Positions 23,931-36,100 of a stretch of 64,000 nucleotides of DNA are shown piece after piece (within the stretch, counting starts at the first letter, position 1; the number at the start of each line of letters is the position of its first letter). The stretch covers positions 41,108,001 to 41,172,000 of the forward strand of contig CM052817.1 of assembly GCA_028534125.1 (NCBI GenBank), written 5' to 3'. The translations under genes and the position numbers were made by a program. This stretch comes from Lama glama (lineage: Eukaryota). Under the pieces are notes generated by a model. The model was given only the letters and a program-made list of their open reading frames with translations. It was not told where the DNA came from and searched no databases.

Positions 23931-26162
23931 TAAGAATTTCAAAAAAATTCAAGGGAAAAATGGAAATAATCAAAATATCTATCAACATATCAAATACATA
24001 TACTCCATCCTGTTGATGGAGCATGATGTAGTCTCTAAGTATTATAAACCCCAAAGACTGTGTAACAGCACAGAGTATATGTAACATGATGGTAAATGAA
24101 AGTGTACAAGAGTGTGATGCGAAGTGGCCATTGTAGCGAAATACACATGCATTTGGATGAAGGCTGGCAGGAAACTCAAGAGTCAGGAGAGTAGGTGAAA
24201 GGAACGTGCCTCCTTTCAGAAGTCCCAGTAATGTTGCTGAGTGTTTCAAAAGCACTCGTTTTAATGTTTCTGGTGAGGTAGCCTTGTGGTAGTTCAGGTG
24301 GTATTGAAGATGCGTAAAACACAGGAAAGAAAGGACAGAGCACAAGGACATTAAAAAATCAACATCTAAGAAATAGAAATGTAAGTGCAAAAATCAGCAG
24401 AGCATTTAAGGGAAACGGGTACTGAGGGAGGTGCCGGAGGATGGAGAAGCAGGTCAGGCTCTAACAGGATTCTGCACGGAAAACTTACAACCTGGAATGG
24501 TTGCGAGTATGTTCTGTGCTCTGAGCCTCTCTCTGCTGGCAAGTTTTGAGGGCAGGGGATTTTCATGTACCGGAGCTGGTGTAGGTCTGTGATAATAACC
24601 CAAAGGAAGTGGGAACACTTAGCAGTGTGCACAGTTTACTTAAGTTCACCAAAATTGTACTGGAGTGTGGATAAAGGGAGGAAGTCTGGTCAAGCCTGAG
24701 TGAGTCAACATTTCATGGTCCTCCACCCAGCTCTCCTCCCTTCCCAAGGCCACCTCACCTCTGTGTCTGTGTGCGCGACCTTTGCAAAGAAGGAACTCCA
24801 GTTGGCATGGGTGGAGCAAACCCAAAGTCCGGTTGGTTGGCTTCAACCGTCGAGTTGGGGGGCCAGAAAGAAGAGGGACCAGAGCAATGGGGTTGATCTG
24901 TATCTGGTCTTTCTTCAAGAACTTTCTCCTTCCTCGGTTGCCGCTGAATGCTTAAAATATCACAGTTCCTTCAACATTCTCCATCCCAGAAACAGCTCAT
25001 GCTTTTGTGCGGAGCAGCTAAAGTGCTGTGTCAGCGGTTCTTTGAAAGCACCCTGTAGGTGGAAGGTGCGGTTATTTTTCCTCCAGATAAAGAATGGGTG
25101 ACAGGAGGAGGCTGGAGAGAGAGATGGCAGTCTTAAAGTAGAATCTGCTTCCATCTCCAAACAGAACTCATTGTTCCCAGCCCTGCACTGTAGGGAAGAA
25201 GGCCAGGCAGTCAATGGACATCAATGCCCATGTTTCCTGTGGAGTATGAAATCAAGATTTCTGAAGGAGCACGCATTCTTTCCTTCAGAGATATTAAGAT
25301 TGTTTGAGCCGGTCAGTGATGCACCACCCTTAAGCAGATGCCACCTGGACAGATCCCACTGCTCAGTCAACTAGCTGAACTTGCCTGGTGATCCCTGCAT
25401 CCTTCCTTCTTAAAATCCTTGATTAGTTTTGTCCTTTGTTGCCAGGAGTTGCCTTTATATTTCAGACTCCAGGATAAACACTGAAGCTTGTAATTATAGG
25501 TCATGACACTAACCACTTCTTTGGTCTCCTTTTAGGAATCAGCCTTAGAAAAGTAACCCCAGGTACCTGCCATGGGGAGCTCTCTGAGTAGTTCTTCATC
25601 TTCTCAGGAATGCTCTGAAGTTATTATGGGAAGGAGATAAAGGGGCAATTTTGCCCTTAGTGTGCAGAGAGCAGGAGAGAATGTCCAACTTGTCTGAGGG
25701 CTTTAACAACTTTTCTCTAATTCTCTATTATTCTGCTTTGTCCAAGTCCATCCTCAGTGTCCCTGTCCCTACATTTAGCAAATGGTGAGTTAGATGGGGA
25801 GCAACACTTAACCCCAGTCACCTAGCCACTCAGCCATCCAAACAGCAGCAACAGCAAACCCTGCGTGGAAAGCCTGACATGAGGAAAGGAGCCAGGGAAA
25901 GGGAAACACTATCAGTGATAACTATATGCCCCTGACCCTCTGCGTTTTGAATGTAAACCCTTTATTTCAGAAATTCCCTTTTATATACAGCCCAGAATCA
26001 TCACATATTTTCCCACCCAACAAATAATTTCTGGGTAAGAAATCTCTGTGTTGTGACTCTTGGGTTGCTTTAGTCGTTAGTATGCCCAGTGCAGTCGTAT
26101 CAAGGGAATCTTTGGTCTAAAGAAAATCAAGCTGCACAACCACCTGAGAAAACTAGTTACAC

Positions 26163-26176
26163 GTTGCCATAGCAAC
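26163..26176. promoter_or_regulatory. RFX X-box motif
   Basis: GTTGCCATAGCAAC, a full match to the palindromic RFX consensus GTTGCCATRGCAAC, in repeat-free sequence. Confidence 0.55.
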
Positions 26177-27170
26177 TGGACCAGCCTCAGAGGAAGGGCA
26201 AGTTTCTTCAGATTCATCTTCTGCATCTGCACATTGACTTCCTTGAGCCAGAATCCTGTGTCCTGATCATCGTCAACACCGAACCTGTTATTTTCATTAG
26301 GGAAAAAAAAAATTGCAGTCACAGTTGATATATTTGGGGCTTTTTCCCTGGTGCCATTCAGTGTCTTTTTATCTCTGAAAGGTGGAATTTGGTAACTGGA
26401 TCCTTTGGAACTTTCATTCATGCATTCACTAACATGGTTGGGACTTGAGCCAGCGAGTTTGGTAGTAATTAAACTTTGATGGCTGGAACATGACCTGCGA
26501 AATGAGTTGCTGGTCTCAGCTTAACTCCTAATGGACAAAAATCCACATCCCTCGGAATCCAACCATAACCCCTGTTTCCAGACCATAGGAAGAAGTCGGA
26601 GGTTTGACTCGCTTCTCCTGGGGGCAGAATGCAGGGTCTTTTCCCCGGGAGTGATGCTTTGCCTTTCCAGGCCACAGACAGCTCCACAATGTCTCAAAAT
26701 ACCCTGCGAAATGTGTGTAAATAACACAAACCACATTTACAGGCAGGGCCACCCTGGTCGAAAGTACAAGTTATTTGCCCAGAGTAAGATAATTAGTAAC
26801 AGCAGGGGTAGAGATTCCAGAGGGCCCTACTCCATCCCTTTGCAAAGACCACTGAAAAATCTTTCTTTCACTCAAGAAACGTGGCCAATTAATGGACAGC
26901 GGGAGGCAGGGATGGGTCAATACTTGCTGATTCATTTCTAAAGGTCATTTTTATTTTATGGGGTTTTGGTACCTGCAGTTAAGTTTTATTTTATTTTTTT
27001 TCGATAACAAGTCTCTTGATGTTTCCTCTAATGAGACTGAAAAGAGATTGAAAAATCTGTGTAGTGAGAATAAGAGCTGAGGGTTGGAGAGAGCTGGATC
27101 TGCTGGGATGTTTCTACGTAAAGAAAAGATTCAGCTGAAAAATGGGAAGCATACTCTAGCAGAAAGCACT

Positions 27171-27510
27171 TGTAACAACATACCACGAACTGGGTGGGTA
27201 GGGGAGGTGGTGCAGAGGGGCTTTATAAACAGCAGAAATTAATTTCTCACAGTTCTGGAGGCAGGACATCTGAGATCAGGATGCCAGCACGGTTGGGTAG
27301 GGGCACTTTTCCAGGTCACATCGCAGAATTCTGGTTGCATCCTCATATGAGAAAAAGGCAGGCAAGCTCTCTGGGACCTCTTTTACAAGGACATTAATCC
27401 CATTCGCTTCCCAGATCATTTCCCCAAAGCCCCACCTCCTCATACCATCACCTTGGGGATTAGGATTTTAACATATGAGTTTGGGGGTAACAAAGGTTCA
27501 GACCAGAGCA
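27171..27510 (-). mobile_element. MaLR solo LTR (MLT1A-like)
   Basis: 'tgtaacaacataccac...atttctcacagttctggaggc...ccccaaagccccacctcct.ataccatcaccttggggattaggattttaacatatgagtttggggg...ttcagaccagagca'. Confidence 0.9.
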
Positions 27511-27511
27511 A

Positions 27512-27990
27512 TGCATAAGACCTGTATTAGATTGTGAAGGACACAAAGATAATTAAGACTTAAGTCCTGTCTTCAGTAGCTCACCTTCCCAGCAGACAGT
27601 GACAAGTACTCTAATAATAGTACATGGATCCTGTGATGGGAGAAGTGTATTCTGACTTTAGCCAGAAGTGGAGGAATATAGTGAAATGTTTCTTAGGGAA
27701 TCTGAGCTGGGCTTTTTAGGACAGGTAGGAAATCATAGACAGATATTGAGGAAAGAATATTCTAGAAACCAGAAACAGTATAAACAAAAGCACAGATTGG
27801 AGTCTACTGAAGAAAAACACATTGACCAAATGTGCCTTGAGGTTTAGGTTAAACTGTGGGACAGAGTTGGAACTAAAATGAGAAAGTGAAGAAGAGCCAC
27901 ATTTTGGAGTATTCTGAAAAGTGAGTAGAGAACTTTGGACATTATCCCACATAGAATCAAAGATTTGAAAGCCAGAAGTTTAACTGTGAT
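27512..27990 (-). mobile_element. L2 fragment
   Basis: 'acaaagataattaagacttaagtcctgtcttcagtagctcac', 'tctgagctgggc', 'actttggacattatccc'. Confidence 0.6.
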
Positions 27991-28785
27991 CAGTGTTTTT
28001 ATGTAATGAGATGTTAGTCAAGTTATTTTTTGAAAAAAGATTCACATAGTCTGATCTATGTTCTAGGGAGATAACTTAACAGATTAGGCTCAAAATATTC
28101 TGCACTTATGTCAAAATTCCTTCAAAATGTCATAAATGGTTTTGTAATATACCCCTGTACAAGGTTAAATGAGTTTGCACAGACTGCAAACTGAAGATGC
28201 TTGGGCAAAAACGCTGACTCGGGTATTTCAAGTGACAACCATTAAGTTTAAGTGCTTGAGGCACTCTCGTGAGAAACAGGGAAATGGTTTCATGCAGCAG
28301 GAAAGCCAGCCAAGTCCCTGAAATCTCTCTCTCTGTCTCCTTTCTTATAGGACCAGCAATGGAAACCTTCGATGTACGGCAGCATGACTCCAATCTGCTT
28401 TACAAGCCCTCTGATTGAGAAGCCAGGTGGCAAAGTAAGAATTAAGTCACTTCTTGTCGAACAGTATGATTCGAGCCTGTTGACTGTTCTTTCTCTTTGT
28501 CTTGAGTTATCTGGGTGACATAATCACATTGATCTCATAAGAGGGGCTGATAAAATCCAAATTTTGAAGTCTTTAGTTGGCCCTAGTGGCATTTGCCCTA
28601 GGCAAAATGTTGAGCTGAGTGATGTTGATTTGAGATCCCTTTGCCTCAGTATCTGCCTGCACTTCCATCTCGATAATGTCCTTCCCAACTCCCATCAGTG
28701 CCCTGCTTTCTCATTTCGTTGACTCACCTTCCCTTGCCTATCAGAACTTATTACAAGGAAAGAGGTGGCCTTTAGTCATTTACAT

Positions 28786-29370
28786 CGTAGAGGAGGAAAA
28801 AAAATCTATTTCCTCTATTCTCATGGGCTTAGGACATCGGGTGATGCAAATTAAACTGGAAAAAAAAAACCAGATTAACAGGGGAGAGGGTTTACCACTA
28901 TGAATAAGGAGGCCTTCAGAGAAAAGAAGTGAAGACCCAAAGAAGCAATTGTATTTGAGGCTTACATACCATTTTAACAAAGAGTGATAAGCTGTGGAGC
29001 AGTGACAAGAGACAGGAAAAGGGGTTTGGGCTTCTGTGGGTGGTAAATTGTGAGATGTAAATATATAGGAGAAATTAATGGAAGATTAGGAGTTATTTAG
29101 TAAGGTTTGTTGTGTAAACTCAAGTTGGTGCCTTCCGTAGATGAGTTATCTCCGGTGATTAAAAGTCATCTTTTTCCTGGTATGGGAAAGAAAGACACCT
29201 TTACAAATGTATGTTACCTTTGCCAAAGGAAATTTATGTGCTGCTTTTAGACAGAAAGGGAGAGGACAGAGAGCTTTTCCCACATCTGCTATCTCTCAGT
29301 TGCCTTTGGCTCAAGATAGTCCTTATGCCCAAGTGGCATATTTTGGGGTGGCGCATTCTGATCCTCTTCA
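28786..29370 (-). mobile_element. Complete ERV1-class solo LTR (MER34-like), 585 bp
   Basis: Minus strand begins TGAAGAGGATCAGAATGCGCCACCCCAAAATATGCCAC (MER34-type start). Perfect 4-bp TSD ACAT at 28782-28785 and 29371-29374. Confidence 0.85.
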
Positions 29371-29544
29371 ACATCTTCGTGTGAAATCCAACTACCATAC
29401 CACCTCTTTCGAACATATTTGTTATTTAAACTGTCTTGTGGAACGAAAGACTTTGCCTCTAGAAGAGAAATTATAGGTATTTGCCTAGACTGCTGCTGTT
29501 CCAAACCTGAAATCACACCCACAGTCCCACCAGGGAGTGTAGAG

Positions 29545-29710
29545 CCAAACAGTTAGGAGTGTGGGCTCACTGGAGCCAGCCTGCCTGGGTTCAAATCCCA
29601 GCTCTGTCGTTCACAGGCTCTGGGACTTTGAGCAAGTCATCTGTAAAGAGGGCTCCATAATAGTACCAGCCTCATGAGACTGTCATCAGAATGAAATAAT
29701 TTAATATAAA
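29545..29710 (+). mobile_element. MIR SINE (followed by an L2 tail to ~29800)
   Basis: 'ctggagccagcctgcctgggttcaaatcccagctctg...ctttgagcaagtca.tctgtaaa..ggg..ataatagtacc'. Confidence 0.85.
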
Positions 29711-31789
29711 TTCACAAGAACAAGAATTTTTTAACCTAGTTTATTCACTGTGTATCCAAGTACTCAACAGAGTATGCAAATAAATTGAATGAACGAATAA
29801 ATGAAAAACTATACACATAGTAGACTTAGAGGAAACACACGCTCAATTAATTTGTGTATGTAAAGAAATGGGAGCCAGGGGGTGTTACATGTTAGGAAGA
29901 GAAACAAAACTCTGGTGAGTACATCGAGGACAGTTTCCAGGCAAACCCTAACAGAAGGACCAGTCTGCCTTGGGTACCAGCCACCTTCCTGTCCTTTGCT
30001 AGTGGTGCACCTCTGGACCACAGGCAAACCAAAGACTAGGATGAAACACAGTCATTGTCAGCACAAGTCAAAAACAAACAAAAGTTCTTTCAATAGGGCT
30101 TTTCTCTCCAAGATCGAGATACATGTGGGCAGAACTGGAGTTTTTTCAGTTTTTGAAAGGAAATGAATCTATTCTCCCAACAATTCCCGGTCATTTTGCC
30201 TTGGCGGCAAGTCCTGCCGAGGCAGCTGTCTGCAGAGTGTGAACTCCTGGCTGAACAGGAAGCCTCCTTCCCAGGCTGTCAGCGTTGCTGACGTTTTGCA
30301 GGCGTAGCAAGGGGAGCGACCCAAGCTTCTTGAGACTGATGTTCTGGACTTCATGTTCAGTAAGGTCAGCACTTCCCCTCTGCTGACTTCAGTTCCTAGT
30401 AAGAGGAATATCCTTTGGCCCAAAGATTAAAACAACAAACAAACAAAACACTCCCTGAACATCACAGAATGTGTTGGCAACAGCTCCATTTCACTGCCTT
30501 GCCCCTTCCTCTGTCCCCTCCGGCCTCAACTATTTTGACTCTGTTTGTATTGGTCCTGAATAGACCACCACTTTGTCTGTGGGGACGGAAAGAAGCCATT
30601 TCAAAGGCTGAGGTCAGAAGTCAGTGAACCCCAGAGGAGTCTTTTGACTAAATTTCATTTCAATCCAATAGTTCTGCGTTTATTCAGTGTTTTCCTAGAC
30701 CTGGTTTCAATAACACTAACAACAGTATAGAAATGGTAGAGAGTGACTTTTGGGTGTGCTTGTCAGAGAGCAGAAGGAAGTGCAGTGCAGTGTGACTGTT
30801 CTGGGTTCAGTGGTATTAAGCTTTGTGCGCCTGAGGTCTCCCTCCCCACAGGGCAGAGTAAGCAGGGAGGTGTCTGTCTGGGCAGGGACACCAGGACTTC
30901 CCTGGGGTGAGTGGGGCTGCTCCCAAAGGATACTCTTGCTCTCTTTTCTCCCCATAGTTTGGCTTCTGGGCTCATCACACTTTGTGTAAAATACTCTAAT
31001 GAATTCATTTGGCAGCCAGCTCTGTGATCCATCCACCTGGAGGGGAAAAATTATGCCAAAGAAGTAAGAAAGGCAAGCTTTAATTATAGGGGTCAATGGA
31101 AGGCAGCATTGGGGGTAAATAATTGAAACCTGTGGTTAATCTGCCCTGAATCCATACTCTCTTCCACTGCCAAGAAACTTTCTGTTGAGTAAAACACTGC
31201 AAGCTGGACCCGGATGCAATTTCTATCACCCAAATTATGGAGCCTCAAGCTGAACCAGGGACCAACGTTTCCTCATTATGGGAAGAGGGGCAGAGGGGAG
31301 GAAAGGTGGTTTGGAAACACCATTCAGAAAACAGAGGATTCCAATGTGAGCTCATAATAGAAAAAAAAAAAGAATATTTTGTAACCAACTCCAGTCTTAC
31401 CAGTAAATGATAAGTCTTTTCATGAGTGGTTATGATTAGAGGGTAGGAATAAAGGAGGGAAACTTCTTGGGGCAGAGAGGGAGAAGCCAGAGAAATCACT
31501 CTGGCAGCAAGCAAGCCTGGAATGTGTGATTATTCACACTCCGAACCAAGAAGGGTTTCCTGTTTTATTTTACATAATTGGAGTCAGCGCCTTTTGAATG
31601 GAGCATATAAATTTATGTAAATAAGAATGCAGATGTTAAAAATACGTGTCTTGGGATTTCCTGGGGATGACCCGGCAGCTTTGTCTTCCTCGCCTTTGCA
31701 GCAGCTAAATATTGTGTGTGAACACTCAGGATGAACTTATTTCCCCAAATCCCACAATGTTGTAACTAGAGGACTTTCTTTGTAATTCA

Positions 31790-31930
31790 TAGGAGATACT
31801 CAGGAGAATGAATTAAGACAGACTACTTTAATGTATTTGACAGTAAACATGTTACCCCCAAGAGGTTGCACAGGCTAACAATAAGTGCAAGGAGGATTGG
31901 AGAATTTCAATTAATTAATGGCACATTCAA
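31790..31930 (+). mobile_element. Very old CR1-class fragment (Plat_L3-like)
   Basis: 'gttacccccaagaggttgcacaggctaacaata...aaggaggattggagaatttca' resembles a CR1 3' end. Confidence 0.4.
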
Positions 31931-33114
31931 AGTGGACTATTGAAAGGGGATTAGAGAATAATGATGGAAACAAAGCAGGGACTTAGGGAGATAGGTAACA
32001 TTAGAAGATGACATAAAATTCAACTTCCATGTTCTCCCACAAAATTCTCACTGGTGCTACTGACAAGACAAGAAAGTGGGCTGAAAGAAGTGTTAGTTCA
32101 ACTCAGCAAAGCATTGTGCAGATCATACCAAGTCAAAACAACCCAGGGAAGTGCTGTGACCTCTGACAATTGCATAGAACACACAAGCAGACAGAGCTGT
32201 TTTGGATTAAGGGCTATGCCAACATGTCTTTCTCAAATGAATTCAGATGACAGGTAAACTTGTCCTCAATCTAAAGAAATGTAAATTTAATTCATTATTT
32301 GATTTGACTAGGAGGAAATGGAGAGATAAACCACCTTGAAGGAAAGCAGTGTTCTTGAAGGGTGGCTAAGAAAGTAACTAAGGCTCCCTGGGCCTTCTGT
32401 ACTTCTGGGTGAGTAAACGGAAAACTGGAGGAGTTAGGTGGAAGTAACTGGATGAACAACAGATAAAAAGAAAGGAACTGGTGAACTCAGGATCAGAAAA
32501 ATATAAAGCTGCTTTATTTTAAAGTTGGGAGGCATCTGTGGGAAGAAAAGAAATAGAGGTGTCTCTTTTTGCAGATTAATCTTTAGCTCCTTTAGAACTG
32601 GAGAACTTTTCTTACCAAAGGAAAATTTAGCTTAGCCAACAAGGGCCATTTTAAGAATAGTCTTCTAAATCATGGCCCATTGAGAATCTTTGAACTTTAC
32701 ATCATTCTATCATGGCTGCATCTGGATAGACAGCGCATATTTTATGAGAGCTACCTTGGGACCTAATACTTAATATTTAAGGCTCTACGTAACCAAGGAA
32801 GATGGAGAAACCAACCCACAGACTAGTCTGTGGCCTACTGCTGCTTCCAAAAAAATACCCAAAGTCAGAAATAGAATGATCAGAAGATAATAAAAATTTT
32901 GAGCAAAGCAAGCCACTATAATTGCTACAACTATAGATAAACATAATTTTAATTTTAGGGATGGGGGTTGAGTGTCCCTGATTTGACTGGATCTCTTTCT
33001 CTATACATTTAGCTTCTGGACACTGAGGCAAAATGCATTAAGCCAAGTATTTTTCTTCTAGGGCTTTTTGTGACAAGGTGAAAGAAGTTAAGGAATCAGT
33101 TTTCTTCTTCTAAG

Positions 33115-33480
33115 GTAGTGGTGGTTTTAGTTGGGCATATGTCCACCCAGCTAAAGAGCACATTTTTAGCCTCCCTTGCAGCTAGATGTAGCCATATGAT
33201 GAGACTATGGCCAATGGGTTGTGAATGGAAGTGATGGATGCAATTTCTGAGTCATGCCCTTCATAGGAAAGTCATGCCCTTCTCACTGGCTGGAATACAA
33301 ATATGGTGGCAGAAGCTGAAATAGCCACTTCAGACCAAGAGAGCATGGCAGAGAAACAACATAGAAGTGTGGGCGGCTTGAGTTTAGACTGCCATTGCCT
33401 AAGACAGGAATCAACTTCCATCTTGTCCACATCACTGCTAATTTGGCCATTGGTACAGTAGCTGCAATGGTATCCAGTGC
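33115..33480 (+). mobile_element. ERVL LTR (LTR33-like)
   Basis: 'ccagctaaaga..acattttt.agcctcccttgcagctagatgtagccatatga...tggccaatgg...ggaagtga', 'ggctggaatacaaatatggtggc..aagctgaaatagccac'. Confidence 0.7.
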
Positions 33481-35259
33481 ACAATTAAAACAGGGGAGAG
33501 AGTAGCCTACATGCCCTTTGGTAAGTCACTTGGCATACAGTGTAGGTAGAAGGCAGACCTGGTACAGTAAGTATCAGTTAAACGGATGAAAATGCTGGGT
33601 TGCTGACACTTGTCTCCCAACTCTCAAGAAGAGATAAAGAGGCTACCATCTAGTGCTGAGGATAAGGTGATGAACAGAACTCTGCCTAGCAGAGAAATCC
33701 ATCTTGAATTCTAACATAGTAAACACAGATATCTATCATATCCTGAATTTTGGAGAAATTCTCCTTAGAACTGAGGCAAACAAATTTCTACTGAAAATAT
33801 TCAAACTCAAACACCCATTATCTGGTCAAATAACATTTCTATTGACATTTATTGTATGTAAGTGCTGTCATCAGTTTGGAAAATTTATAACTATCCTTTG
33901 GTATTTGGCATAATATTCTATTCTCTCATCATCTGGAGCGGGTTTGGATTCCCTGGGACTCCAGGGAATCATCCTGGACTTCAGCTTTTGCTATAACTCT
34001 GTTAGACAGAGTTTTATGGGAAGAGTAAGTTGTTACCTCATACCCTATTCTAGATCCACTCTCCTTTTATTAACATAAAATAATACTTAAGATTTTGGCT
34101 TAATAAATTAACCCTCTGAAACATCGACTGTTACTGCTACCACATGTCATTAGAGTCCATGTCATTTTTTCCCACCATCTCTTTCCTCAGAATGGCAGAC
34201 AAAATAACATGCACATAGTCGGCAGGTAGTGCTTGTCCACTGACAGTTAAATGAATATGGAATTTTAGTTTCATCTTCTTACCCTTGTTCACAATGGTTG
34301 TCGAATAGTATTCTATGCGAGTGACCTACTATATCTACTAAAGACAAAAAAATTTTAATCAATACCATTAACACTGTCCTATAAACGTTAAAGTAACCAG
34401 AGGTGAAAGTACATTTCCCTCATATTTGGTTTCCTGGATTCTCACCACCACCCAAGCAAAACCTAGGCTGACGTTTACTACAATAGGTCCACCGGCAAGA
34501 GTTCAACTGGGTGAAAAATGAAGCCTGATTCAAAAGTACAAGAAGTCTTTCCATCCCAACATCCCTAACAGGCAAGATGACTGTATAAATGGCTTTATAA
34601 ACTCCAAAGAGTTGGAATAAGATTAAACAAATATACTTATGCCAATGGCAGTTCAATTTATGTCCTCTTGTATGCATAGAAACCTATTCAATTCTGGCTC
34701 CCAAAACCTACTGGAAATAAGTGAAATGTGAACAATTAATATCTATAGAACATATTTTATTAGGCTTATAAAATTCATTAATTCAGAAACAGGTAGATGC
34801 CTATACACTAAGAAAATAGGAAACAGCAAACTTAAACAAAAATCATTCTTGTTCTGTGATCTTGCTTTACAGCTTATCTATAAAAGCTGAAATATATAAC
34901 ACAACATACATGGCCCAACTGCCCGAACATATTATGAAGGACTTTTTTTTGGATTTATTAATCGATTTATTTGCCAGTGACCAGCAAACAAGGAAACAGA
35001 AACCATCTTAGGGACAGGATGAGCTCTTCTTTGAACAGCACTCAACCTTTCACCTCCTCACCTCCCATTCAGTCCCCAGCCTTCTGGAGTCTGGCCTAAT
35101 ACTCTAGCAAAAGTCTTTTTATGGTCACCACTTATATCCTAATTGCTAAATTAGAAGTGCACATTTTATTGCTTACCTTACTAAAACTTACTGCTGCTTT
35201 TAAATTTGTATCACGATGTACTTGATGGTGAAGTATGAGATAAATGTTTTGTTAACAGT

Positions 35260-35308
35260 GCATGCACGCACATGGGCACACACGCACAAACACACACACA
35301 CACACACA
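35260..35308. repeat. (CA)n microsatellite, interrupted
   Basis: Directly visible. Confidence 0.85.
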
Positions 35309-35884
35309 ATCACCAGACCCTTGCTACTGGGGACTGTGCCATTATCAAAGGTCTTGGAGTCATATTTGTATTATACAGAACTACTATTTATTCTTTCCTT
35401 GTCTTGATGTGCTGACATTTTCCCATTAACACTGCCTCAGTTTTGCTCCCAGAAGCCAGTTGAAGAATATCATGTGGAACTTTTGATGGAAAAATGCTAA
35501 ATAAAAATACTTCCTGGTCTGTTATTGACCCTAAAAGAAACTTTAATTTGTCCACTTGGGCGTAGGGAGAAAGATGACCTGAGACTGGCGTAGTATACAT
35601 GTACTCTCTTCACATAGATCAGAGAAACGTAATATCACTAAATTCTGAGAATTAGCTCTATAGAATTATCAGCAGCATTAATACAGAATTTTTGCAGTTT
35701 TGCTACAGTCCCAATACTGTGGGTACCCTTGAGAAAGCCAAAGGAAGATTCTCTTGGAAATCTTACATTCTAAGCATTCTATGCCAGCCGCTTATTTCCT
35801 TGAAGAAATAAACAGAAATTGAATGCCTTCCATGTGTGAGGCAGTGTGCTATAAACAGTAATTCAGGGCAATTTGGTATAAATG

Positions 35885-36100
35885 ATAACAGCAATGATAA
35901 TTATTATAATGGCTACCATTGTTTGAGAACTCTGTGCCAAACACTAACCTAAGTTCTTCATAGCCAGTCTCTCATTTAATTGTTTTTACAAAGGAAGCCT
36001 GGAAAGGATGGAGAACTTATTCAAGGTCACAGGCTGGTAAATGGCAGAGCTGGCATCCAGAACTGGGCATGCCTGACTCTAGAACCTATTCCTTAACCAC
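35885..36100 (-). mobile_element. MIR SINE
   Basis: 'ataatggctaccatt.tttgag...tgtgcca', 'caaggtcacaggctggtaaatggcagagctgg', 'cctgactctagaacc'. Confidence 0.75.

Noticed and set aside
23833..24390. 185-aa minus-strand ORF
   Set aside because: It is antisense to L1 remnants, has a Leu/Phe-rich composition typical of A-rich repeats read backwards, and shows no recognisable domain.
29527..29540. CTCF-like CCACCAGGGAGTGT (also 10221-10237 and 33642-33660)
   Set aside because: Two or more mismatches at informative positions; not supportable without a matrix score or ChIP data.
33250..33282. 13-bp direct repeat AGTCATGCCCTTC with 20-bp period
   Set aside because: Only two copies inside an old LTR; a simple slippage duplication.
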